From Aplysia californica (taxonomy: Eukaryota), in assembly GCF_000002075.1 (NCBI RefSeq), contig NW_004797445.1, positions 193,579 through 257,578 on the forward strand: DNA of 64,000 nt, in the 5' to 3' direction. The notes below the pieces were generated by a model that was not told the origin of the DNA, searched no databases, and saw only the letters and a list, made by a program, of their open reading frames with translations. The translations under genes were made by a program, and so were the position numbers. Shown piece after piece: positions 45,901-58,055 of this stretch (positions are counted from its first letter, which is position 1; each line of letters starts with the position of its first letter).

Positions 45901-48900
45901 CCAAAACAATTATATTTGTTTGGGTGTGAAAATACATACACACAAACACAGAATATTCATTGATTGATATTCATGTGTATGCGGTAGCCTACAATGTTCA
46001 CGCAAAGTATTTAAGCCGTTTACTCTCCAATGCATCAAAGACTGTTGTTACAAAAATGGAACTAAAAAAAGCTAACAATAATACAAACAAAAACAGTTAA
46101 AGCTTCTTCCTAGTGGTATTAGTAAGCTAAAATTTTACATGTACCATTACATTTAGTAAACACAGAGCAGCATTCACACTGCTGGTCTTGAAATGACATT
46201 GCACTATCAAAAACTTTGCTCCCTGTCAGCAACTCACATCACCCATCTTTACATTATTAGTTATACAGAGCTGGAAAAAAAGCTATTTAGATCTATATAT
46301 AAGAACGGAAAATAGCCTCAGAGTATATTTATCAGCACTAGAGATAATGTTCTCAGGTCTAGCCTAATAGATGTCACCCTACTTCAAATTTAGTGTCACG
46401 TAAAAAAAAACTATCCAACAGTAAGAAGCAAAGAGTGGTTTAGTTTTAGTAAGAGTTTAACAGCGTTTACAACACAAATAGGACAGATTAGAGATGTTAC
46501 TAGAGAGTAACACATTAAGAAAAGAAGGAGGAGAGATACCCACAATAAATGTTTGACAGGAAAGAAGGAACAAACCACAACAGAGTACCCACCAACCACC
46601 CACAACAAGGCGTGGAAACATACTACACTCTATCGGTGACAGCGTTATATCATAATGTATGGTGTGACATTAGAGTATCACTCTTTATCTACAAAACAAG
46701 CTCTGAGTGAAGAGGCTGGATCTCTAATTTACCACACATCTTTAACAGCATCATGCAAAAGAGGAAAAATGTCAAGAATGGCCCACTGGAGAAGCAATGC
46801 AGGGTTGTCCACACTATCGCTTTACACTTATTATACAACAGAGCAGACTGTGTGCTTGCACGACTGAGAAAAGTGTAAGGAGACTAACTAGACAGCAAAC
46901 TAAATAGACACACAACATTGTGATGTCTCATTTTAAAAACAATTTTTCAAAGACAGGAAACAAATATTTTAAAAAATTGTGCATCTGTTTGCAAGCAGTA
47001 TTACGAGTTTGAAACACATTGGTAATATTGCAACACAACCAAAATTTGCCTGTATTACTAAAAACATTTCTGCTCCAAAGCCCGTCTCGTACACTTGAAA
47101 TATTCACAAGCATAGCTGAAGCCACTGATCTTCCTTACACTAAACACTTTCACTTACTCTCTCTTTCAGGTCAGAATAATGCCCTCAAAACAAAAACTAA
47201 AAGAAAAAAGCATCTCTGAGAACAGAGAAAAAAAACCCTCTCTACCTATAGGTGAAGTAGGACAGAACAAATTACATTATAGTATATCAATGTATGATAA
47301 CTGTGGGAAGATATGAAATATTGTCCAGAAGCTAGCTCAAGATAAGGAAAAGTAAAAAGTGTCGGTGGCCTATACCCTGGTCCAGGGTGAGACAGGCAAT
47401 GATGATGACGAAGATTATGCAGCCTACTACTACTACTAGACGACACTTCAAAGCCTATCAGGTGGCCTCCCCTTACCTGTTGAGAAATCCTGGCCAGCAC
47501 ACACACACTCTCTTTTCAAGACCACACACACGTTTCATTTAGCACTTTAGCTCAGGAGGTTTAGCAAAGAAACTTTCATTCTGCAGCCATAATTCTCCAA
47601 GTCTCTTCCTAAACTTTCTTTCGACACAACTCTCTTTAATGCACTCATCTACCACTCTTGTCTCCCTGTCTCTGTCTCTCTCTCTCTCACTCTCATATTC
47701 ATCCACTATACTAACAACTCTTTTTGTTGCACCCATCCACTGGTCTGTCTGTCTGAGTCTCTTTTCCTATATCTCGCTCTTTCAGTCTCATTCTCTCTCA
47801 TACTCATCTACTGCTCTGTCTGTCTCTCTGTCATTACATTTCTTAGTTCTTATCTCTCATTTACAATTAATACATCAGAATGACAGAGATATAATCTCCT
47901 CAAAACAAACAAAATCCCAATCAATAGAAAAAAGAAAAAAAAGTCAGAACACAAAACTCAATTAAAAGAACACAAGGCCAGCTCTTTTCAATCACAACAT
48001 ATTTAAAACAACAAAACAATGTATTTTGGTTTGGATACACAATTACAAAGGTATGATGCCCTTGCTACATTTCACAATTAAACCAAGGAAACTGCAAGTA
48101 AGTTTTTTTTCCTCAGAGTCTTGGCACTCAAAGTACTTGACCAGTAGCTTCCCATGGCCATCATACCCCAAAAAGAAAATAGGTACTCGACGAAATGCAA
48201 ATTTACTCCCAAAAAAATAAAATTGGTATTCTATGCCGTACAGAGTTTTAAAAACACACCACCAACATTTAATAATTCAAAATATTATCAAAACATTGGC
48301 ATCTACGAAGGTTATCACATCAAATAAGGCACATAGCTGACATTGGAATGTTAAGATTTTACTGCCTGCAGTCCATTAGTAAAAACACAGATTACAACAA
48401 ACTTGCTTTGCCTAAGTGACATGACATCACCAGTGTCCAGTAACAGTATTGCACCCTGTACCCAGGATAGTATCAGACTGTACAAAATATTCACAGGAAA
48501 TCAGCAGATCAACTTTGGCTATTATACACTAAAAGCAGGGCTGTTACATTTTCCTATTTTGGGAGTTTATGGCCGCATAAGTTTTCTCATCAGATAAGCA
48601 TGAATTGCGGCTTTGAATAAAGTCAAACTTTAAGAGCCTGATACAGACACCACTTACATGGCCACTGATTTGAACAAGCGTATACAAATTGAAGCTAAAT
48701 ACAGTGCAGTCCGATTAAATTGAACACATTTAATCTGAAAACAGTGATAAACAGAAAAAAAAAATAGTATCTCCAATTTTTTCTTTTCTTTGTCACTTGT
48801 ACAAAAACAACTGATTAGTAGAAATACTCCTCTTTCTAAACTGAAAAGAAATTAAAGGGTTATGTCGTATGAATTTTCACTAGTAGCCCTCTATTAAACC

Positions 48901-49982
48901 AAATCATCAAGTTGTACTCACTTCGTGATAGCGAAACGGAAGAAAAAGACACAAGAATGCATGTGTGTTGATTGCAGGCCAGAGAGAGGCATTACAAGTG
49001 AACTGTTCGCCCACATTTATCACACACATCAATAGGCCCAAGACCTACGTCTTTCTGTATATTACATGATATGAATGTATGTGTGATGGGTCATGATTTA
49101 AAGATACTAAAGGAACATCTTTAAAAATCTGAGTTAATTCCACCACCAACTGCTCTACAACCTTAGCACTTTCATTTGGCACTGGTTTCATACAAATAGA
49201 GCAATATTTAACAAATCTCCATCTTAGAGTAAATGGATTTCAATGTTACTGGACATCTTTTTGGCATGTGTGTAGAGCAACAGGTCATTTCTGACCGAGT
49301 TGAAGTTTGTGGCACACTTCATTGTCATGCACTGACCTACTACTACACCAGTTTTTATAATCAGAAAACTAGAGGAAAATCTGCTGGGGTGGTATAAGAT
49401 TAAGATGCATCTCTCACTCACGCACGCACACATGCATGCATGTGTTGGTCGAGTCAAAAAGATCCATTACAGACACCTGTAACAAAATCTGGAGAAGAAT
49501 CATCCCACTGACTGACAAGTTTCAAAGTGTTGTTAGCCACTTAACTAAGCAACATATTTGCATAAAACTGATCTGCTACCCCTATTTCCACGAAAGCCAG
49601 CCTATTGCGCTGCCAAACCCTAAGGGATTTCCCCTGCATTCATCCATTGACTGTAAAAAGTCAAATGATACAAGAAGATGACAAAATAACTGACTTTTGT
49701 ACAACAATACTATTTACACACATTATGAAATGAAGAGGCATTTAAAGTTACGCCACAGTTTTAGAAATATCTGAACAAACAAGCAATTACCAATCACATG
49801 TACAAAGTATTTGTTAGAGTTGGCACGAAAAAGAAATTACTAGAAATTTTAACATGAGACGCTGCTACAGGTCCTGATCTTTCTAATCAAACCAGTAACA
49901 AATACCTTTCCAGAGTTTGATATAAATTATTGAAAGCACCAATTTCCCTGAGTGCAGGGCCTTTTAATAGCTGCCCGTAACA
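42912..49982 (-). other. Inferred ~7-kb 3' UTR of the - strand membrane-protein gene; AATAAA (reverse) at 42912-42917 and 42926-42931
   Basis: Strand skew flips from T/G-rich to A/C-rich on the + strand near 42.9 kb; no exons seen; few TEs. Confidence 0.4.
45699..46600. repeat. Diverged direct repeat pair (~45699-45862 and ~46451-46600)
   Basis: Shared blocks caacacaa, agattagag, gagagtaaca, aaagaag, agagtaccc(g/a)ccaaccacc occur in the same order. Confidence 0.75.
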
Positions 49983-50305
49983 TTAAGCACACGGGTGGTG
50001 GTGGCTATTGTCCTCTGTATATAAGTGATCAGCTAATATGCTTTTCTCCGGAGTATTGATGTTGCCATTCCTCACGAGAGGCTCGATCTCATTTGAATCA
50101 TCTGTGTCATCCGTGTCATAGCCGTGGTGTATGTCGGCGTGGTGCCTGATGGTGCCATTAGCCCCGTACTGTGGAGGTTTTCCGCACGTTGAACATGAGC
50201 TGGGAGGAGTGTAGAAGACTCCACACGAGCATTGCACACTGTCGGTAAAGCCATTTTCCCTAAGTGAAGGATCATACTGGCTAGGGCTGACCATAACTTC
50301 AATTT
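49983..50305 (-). CDS. Unidentified membrane protein, terminal exon (IEVMVSPSQY...CSCG..CSTCG...DDSNEIEPLV...HHHPCA*)
   Basis: tatgtttcag| acceptor, phase 1, compatible with the upstream exon; 107 open codons, GC-richer than flanks. Confidence 0.75.
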
Positions 50306-53190
50306 CTGAAACATAGGAGAAAAGACATCATTGAAAAAAGGTCAAAACTAAAAAAAAAAAAACAACCAAAAATCTATTCCACTATTAACATTTTATTGTG
50401 ATACCTTGGTTTTCTCCAGTACCAATGGATGAAAAAACGATTCAAAAGTTATAATGTCAGGTTCAAAAACCCAAACTCCATGATGAAAGTCCATGTCCAG
50501 AATATTTTCAAAACAATCATCAAACTTTAGAGCAAAAGCAAAAATCAAAACCGATATTTTTAAAAATTATTTCTAGAATTGCCACACAACAAAACTGGAC
50601 CACCAAAGCCCCAAGAGTAAAAGTTGGACAAATGATGAGGGTAGTTGTCAGTCAATTACTAGAGGAAAAACTGAAAGAGCTGGAGGAAGCATTTGGTCTT
50701 TCTGGCTCTTTTTGAAACAAATTAAAAAATACAACGCAGATTTTTAAGTCAAAGCTATGTTTGTGTAAATATCTGAAGAATCAATGTAAATATATAATCA
50801 ACTTAAGGTACAAATGACAAATGTCACACTACTTTAAATGATAATTGTGCGAGTTTCTACATGTCCAGATTTAGTATCTAATTAAGTACTTAAAGACAGT
50901 TTATAAAAGTGTAAACTCAAATATTACATATGAATATAAGTACATTGTACATGCCGATATAATTGCTAAGTGAGCTTTACAGTACAAAAGTAACAAAGCT
51001 TTACATAATCATTTGTTGAACTAACACACATTCGGGGTTCATATTAGTGACAGTCTGGCAGACAGAATTATCAGAGTAGATCAGTCTTTTAAAAAGAAAA
51101 TGGAAACAGCATCACTAAATAGACCACAAATTTTTTATCCCAAAATTTAATTGGGGGGGGGAGTATTATTACACTATTATCAGTTGATGAGTCTTTTCAG
51201 AAAACTGTCACATCCTTCAAAGATAAATATCCTATTCCCAAAGAAATACACAAGAAAAAACCAAGAGGTAAGAAACCATCAATTAGCCCCCTGTGTGTAG
51301 AGGGTGAGAACACAACTATCTACAAATGTGCAAATTTCCATGCGCAACATTTCACTTAATCATAACACTCTGCATTGTAATAAATACAGGACGTGCATAA
51401 AACTGATATCCATTTTGCCATTTCAAACCCATCACTGAACCCATGAAACAAAACAATTTTATCTAAACTTTCTGAAACTAAGACATATAAAGTCATAAAA
51501 ATCGCAGTGAAAGATTGTAGAGAGGTGAGTGCTATTTCAGTGTTACAACCAAAAGCCAGAAGTCTTAGTAAAAAAACAAGCATTTAGAATTATTTGTAGC
51601 TGGACTACAGCTGCAAAGCTACACCAAGAAAAGTTACAAATAATGAAAAGCCTAGCTGTTATTATCTCTGTGGATAATTCAAAAGTAGTGTAAATCTATG
51701 CATGTGACATAGGACAACTCAGCCTCTTGTACCCATATATATCTATTACATTACATTGTAAGAGACAAGAAGGATAACAAAAACCCCATATGTACCAATA
51801 TATGAATCATTTCAATGTAAGCAATAGGTACAATAACAAAATCCCCATATGTCTCCATTTCTGACTCATTATGATATCCAAAAGGAGAGAGAGAGACTGG
51901 CAATCGACGAGATCTTTACCCATAAAATATCATTCCAATCATGCAAAATTAGAAATTTGTGTTTAGTCAAAAACAGCATATCTGTACAATTATGAACAAC
52001 AAGGAAGCAGAAATGGCATGTTAGACAAATTAAAACAACAAATTTAAAAGGAAAGAAGTGGGACCTACAAGTACAAGTGGTATCCACAATCATGAAGCAG
52101 AAAAACATGTACTCCTGTGCAAAATAGTCACTGCAAGACCCTGCCCACTCCTCTGATTAAAAAAAAAAATCCCCTATGAACCCATAGTAGTAAATCATGA
52201 CAGTCACCCTCATCACAACACTACAAGATCTACATACAGACCTAAAAGAAGAGGGCTTTTAAAAAAATGCAAACTAATGCTATTCGAGCAAAAATCTCTT
52301 GGCCCTCTGCTTTTTTCTTTCCTCATATAGTACAATCATTGTCATGCATACCCAGTGATAACAACTGTCAAACTCATCAGTGAAAAGGAGTGTCCGACAG
52401 ACCAATGATAAGGACCATCCAACTCACTAATGGGTCAAAATCCATACTTTGAAGTACCATTCTCTGCAGCAAGTCAGGGTTTTTTTCATATTATATATAC
52501 ATGTCAAAAAGAGAACATGTGTACATAGTGTAATATGTACACATTGCCTGAGCACCCCCGTATTCTTAGATAAATTAAAAGCATCTTCCTAGCATGCTTT
52601 CACAACCTCCCAAATGGGGCTCTACATAATAATATGCTTTGTAGATCAAGTACTTTCTGAAAGAAGGAATCAAAGTTTACTTGTCATTTCTTTCTTCTTC
52701 ATTGAAAGCACAGTCAGCCCAACATCAAACCGAATACCCACATAACCAATCTGACACTGAACGCCAAAGTGTGTTTCTAAACTATAAATAGAGTGCCAAC
52801 ATTTCACATGACAAACAATTTACACTAAACAGTTTACTCACTGAGTAGTACTTTGCATACAACAGTAGTATGGTGTACTTACAAGACCTGTCAAAGTCAA
52901 AAATTGCACTGGCCCATCATTCAACATTGAAATTCATTGAGCATTCAATGACGATTCAATATAGAAGGATGTCAGTGACAAAATTAAACTAAACTTCTTG
53001 ACTTTAACAGTGTCATATAATCTGTACATCAAGATCAGAGGTGGTGCAACCACACAGAGGAAATGCAATTATTAGTACCATTATCAACATGCATCTTTGT
53101 CTTATCCCCCCATACATCCATTCCACATGAAACAGATTTTAAAAATCCACTGAAAGCCATGACAGTGAACAGCAAGAGTAACTATTCCAC

Positions 53191-53274
53191 CTGGTCGTCA
53201 CTCCGATGAAGTGTCATGAGTCCCCAGGCCTGGTGAGAGAACTTCACTTCTTAATCTCTGTAAAAGTGGCTCGA
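53191..53274 (-). CDS. Candidate alternative, stop-containing exon of the membrane-protein gene (xEPLLQRLRSEVLSPGLGTHDTSSE*)
   Basis: attccag| acceptor in phase 1; TGA at 53198-53200; cag|gtggaa donor 7 nt later. Confidence 0.3.
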
Positions 53275-55046
53275 CTGGAATAGTTTGCCAATGAAAATAC
53301 ACCATTTATCCCATCCATAAACAGATAACTAAACTTCCTCGAGACCAATACAGCTAAAACGTAAGTTAAACACAGATCATGAAAAATATTTTAAAAAACC
53401 AATGGTCTAAGGACAGAAATACACAGAAAACAACAGCAGAGCCCTGACAAAAACATTAGTCTGTGGGATTTATGAGTCCAAAGTAATACAAGACATATTG
53501 GTTGTAAGGCTCCATCATGTGTCACTTTTCAAAATTGCATAAGGCAGAGTTTTATATTAAGCAGTCAATACAAGGACAAGTATTATGTAGGCACAGAACA
53601 GTCTTGATGAGGTTTTTCTACGCTACTTCATATCTCTTAAACTTCACATAGAGAACAAAACTATGGGCAACACCTAGAAATGTTTGTCTCTAATGAAACA
53701 TAATGAATGTGCACTATTTTGGTGGGCCTTGTTATTTTATATATCTGCATTAATTTAAGTGAATTGAGAAGAGTGAGTTGGGTTTTTTTTAACACATCCC
53801 CCCCCCCCCCAAAAAAGAAGAAAGTGTGAATGTTAAAGTACTAACAATATATCAAAATATTGAGGCATGCAAACTAAATATTCAGAATATATATTTTTTT
53901 AACAATTCACGACATCCAGCATCAAAGGTGGGATACATTCACAATAAAAGGCATACAGTTATTTGTTGCCCTTATTAGACTTGTTCGTAGATTCTTACAG
54001 TTGTCAATATTGTTGTATCATAATATATTTAGGGTTGTTTCTGTGTCTGACATATGTTATTAGCTCTACCGCAGGTCTGATTCTGGCTCTTAACAATTCC
54101 ATAAAGGTTGAAAGAAAAACAGTGTTGGCGAAAGGGGGGGGGGGGGGGGGGGGAGAGTAAATTTAGTAAAAGATATAGGTCAGATAGGTCAACAATGTCC
54201 AAAACTGAATTAACTAAATCACATCTATGACGAGGAGGAGGAGAGAAACAAGACGGACAGGGAGAAGAATATGTAAAAAGAAAAACAGGAAAAATGCCAC
54301 CAGAAATGTAAGAGAACAAGATAGTTGTGACCTGTAAATATAATAAAGTAGATGCCTCGGGGTTTTTTTAACTACTGGCGCTAATAAAACAATGGCTAAT
54401 TACACAACAGTCCTCCACCACAATCTGAGACACCTTGACCCAACAGTGCACGCAATTTAGAAAGGTATTCTGTGAAAATTTGTAAAAATATGTATTGTAC
54501 AAATATGTGTTCCATGTGTTTGTGACAGGAACATTGTCAGAGTCCAGGATGCCCTCAAACTCTCCCAAGAAAGAGAATAAGAAGCAGGGTGACAGAGCCA
54601 TCTAAAAGTAAATGTCAGGAAAATAAGTGACATATAGAACGTAAGTTGACGTCTCGTACCCAAGGAAAGGCAACAATCCTAACAGAAAAATACAGAATAA
54701 AGAAAAGGAGGGCAAAACCAGAAACGAAATCAGCAAGGTGCAATGCATACATTGTATGGTATTATTACTACATTTTTGTTAAAATTTGATCCTTATATCC
54801 ATAGAGGTGCTCATTTCTTATACAACAATGAAACAAAGTCAAATGAGAGATATTTTAGTTCTCATGAGATATCATTCTTTTTTTTAAAAATAATTTTAAA
54901 ATACGTGGACACATAAAAGAGTGTTGTTTATGGTCAACCAGTCTTTGAATCTTTAAAGATGAATAACATTTTTTACTCTATTAAAAAAAAGTAAAGTTGG
55001 TCCTGCAGGTTTGGGAATTTTTATTGAATTTCTATTTTTGTTTTTT

Positions 55047-55390
55047 TGGCTCAACACCTTTCCTGCCCTTTAATTAAAGAACACATTTCGGTTCGGATTT
55101 TACTTTAAAAAACGTTGATTAAAGGCATAAAAGATGTAAATTTTCAAGTTTCCACAGACTCTCAAACTAAGGAAATAAATAACTCAACTTTAGTGGCCAT
55201 TTTCTCGCTAATTTTACATCTGAAACCAGACGATCCCCACCTCCTTCAATCGCCAATATCTTGACTTGTATCAGAGACAAATTCATATTTTTTTCATCAC
55301 AAACAAGGCAAATGGACAGGCTTTACGATAATACCAATAACTTCATATGCCCCAAAATTGACGAGAGCCTGATTCCACCGCGTCGTGACA
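55047..55390 (-). mobile_element. TGTCACGACG-family dispersed repeat
   Basis: Colinear with 7354-7675. Confidence 0.7.
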
Positions 55391-56305
55391 CAAATGTCTT
55401 ACATACACACAAACATAAAGACACACACACACACACACAAATTCTCTCTCTTTTTCTCTCTCAAACACACTTACACACTGTCGGTCTGTCTCTCTCTCAC
55501 ACACACACAAGTTGGAACTATGACAATAACTACAGAATGTAAGGTGGTGTGATATTAATCTCAACAGAACGACACATAATCATGTAAGTATGAATTTAAA
55601 ATATGTTTTTGTGACTAGTCAAAGTAAAATAGGCCTAGCTGTCTTTAAAATCTGTTAAGAAAAAAAGAAATGCAAATTACATTTTTTTTCTTCTAAATTT
55701 GTGCCAATTTTAGTGAGATATAAACATCCCAACATAAAAACAGAACATGAGTGAAAAACATCAGCATTGCATTCATGTATCAAACACCACATGAATAGCT
55801 CATAAATTTCCCCTCAGGTATCATAACCTATGCTAGCCTCACACCCGATTCTCCCCATTATTTCAAGTGATTTTTCATCATTATCCTGTTACCAACAAGC
55901 ACCTCATTTAGCCGACCTTACATTTGGAAGTTAAAAAACAACATCAAGACCTGAGATAAAAAAAACTGATGTACCGTCAACGTCACATGCATATTGCCTG
56001 TTTCATTTTGCTATGTTTACAGAAAAAATGAAAAACGTGATTTAATACCAAATTCAACAGACAAGCAAAAGGGCTTACTCCTGTTATCAAATGAAAATTT
56101 GTCCGAATTTCTTTCACTGAGATACTTAAAGTCAAAGCAAACTTTAAAACAGCGCGTTCAATGAGTCGCCTTTCTCAAAGACAGGCAACCGAAAAGTGAC
56201 CTTGACAGCATGAATAAGACACATGCTAAGAGAGGGATAGTACACTGGGGTATAGAATAACATGTGAAATGCAAGGCCATCTTGCAAAGGTTAGTAAGTA
56301 CATAC

Positions 56306-56356
56306 GTGGGCAAGCATCAGAATCTGCATCTACAAGGCTTTCTTTTGATTCAGTGT
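56306..56356 (-). CDS. Candidate 51-bp exon of the membrane-protein gene (xTESKESLVDADSDACP)
   Basis: Strong pyrimidine tract with gtag| acceptor, c|gtatgt donor; symmetric phase 1-1, open frame. Confidence 0.55.
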
Positions 56357-57710
56357 CTACAGACAGATGAAGCAACACAAAAATAACCGAAATAAAAAGT
56401 AAGAAATTATAAAAAGAAACCACTCACAATAACAAATAAAAATAATACAGAAAAAAAAATCAAAAGGATTATAGGATTGTAAACTATCATAAGCAGAAAC
56501 GCGTTTGTAAAGTCATTTCAACAAAATTAATGTGTATAAATCATAAATAATGCATAAGCAGGCCTAATGTAAATTTCATACCACACAAGTGTCAAAAGAG
56601 TAAGTAGAAGAGCAGGGAATCATAGAACTATATCTTAAAACGTTTAGCGTTTTATCAAAGCTGCCAGTACCACTTGCCAAAGCTTTTTTGCATAAAGTAT
56701 AGAGCCAACTTCAATCTGCTTGGCCTATCCGGGGTCACTGTGGTGGTCACAGTGGAGCTGCCCTTATGTTACACAGGAACAAGAAACAACTGTCTTCATC
56801 ATTATGCGCAAAGAAGACATGGAGGGTTACAGTTTTCTGTTACTGCTTTTTTTTTTTAAAGATTGGCAGCTCATGAGAGATTTTCTTGAAAGCAAGCAAC
56901 GAGATACACGAACGCACTTGGCAAAGCACTTTGAAGCCTACCCAATCTTCAACCAAAGTTTCAGTCTACAGTTGTGTAGTTGTTCGCTCAACAGTGTATT
57001 TTAACTTGGGTTCTGAAATAACGCCAGTCACAATACCACATAAACAAAATATTTCAAAAACAACTTTCAAGAGAAAGAAAAAGGTTCAACTTGCAAACTA
57101 TCTACACATAAAGGTCAAAGAGTTTGAAATGTACCACTTTTGCCATTAAAACTCAACAAAGTCCCATAAAAGGTTGTGCAAACAGATTATGCGACCTCAG
57201 CGTTTTCTTGTCGTATCTTTTTACAGCGAAAATGTGATTTCTTCTTAATCTCACTCTTTGTTTTAAACTGTTTTCATTGTTATTAAAACGGGGAAACAAC
57301 AAGAAAGCACTGAGGTCACGAATAATCAGCTCATTACTACATTAATTAGTTCATTACTACATTCATGTATACAAATTCAAATGGGGAAGGACGGCAACAA
57401 CAAAAAGACTCATAAAAACCTGCTATCCACACTCCACACACACTGTAGCAAAACATGTCTGGAAACAACTAGTTACAATTTAATACGCAATAAATCACAA
57501 GGCCCAATTTCTCCTCTGCACATTGTCATTGCGAAAAAGAAAAGCTCTTTTCAAGAATTTGAAAAACCGTACAACATTATCAATCAACAAGAATAAACTT
57601 AAACAACAGATAAGATTCCAAAACAAGCATGGTGTGGAGGTGGAGGTGATTTGGGGGGGGGGGGGGGGGGGGGGAGAATATGCTCAAATCAGATTTCCAA
57701 TATACCTATC

Positions 57711-57784
57711 GACTGATCAGTGTATGACTCCATAATATGTCACTTTTCAAAATGGCATATGACAAAGTCTTACACTAAACGGTC
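57711..57784. mobile_element. Short palindromic repeat (hairpin MITE)
   Basis: gactgatcagtgtatgact...cttttcaaaa...agtcttacactaaacggtc imperfect palindrome; relatives at 20871 and 53508. Confidence 0.6.
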
Positions 57785-57921
57785 ACCATACACTTTAACG
57801 TATTTGAAGACACACATTTCATCATGAGTTTGTCCTGGTGCTTCCTGAAACAGACATGACAATGAAACCTTCCAGTAAAAAGCCATTACAGTAACCTTAA
57901 ACATAATAGAAGATGACTCAC

Positions 57922-58055
57922 TGGTTCGTAGTCTCCTTTCTCCAATAATCTGTGGCCCAAGAGTAGCCAGCGCAATAAGTGCCACTATCAGAGCACCCCC
58001 AGGTATGGTACTCTGCACATAGCGGTAGTACGGCTCACAAGCTGGGCAACAGCCC
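57922..58055 (-). CDS. Unidentified membrane protein, internal exon (GCCPACEPYYRYVQSTIPGGALIVALIALATLGPQIIGERRLRT)
   Basis: Pyrimidine tract and ttccag| acceptor, a|gtgagt donor; 134 bp, phase 2-1. Hydrophobic helix followed by basic residues. Upstream exons not identified. Confidence 0.8.
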
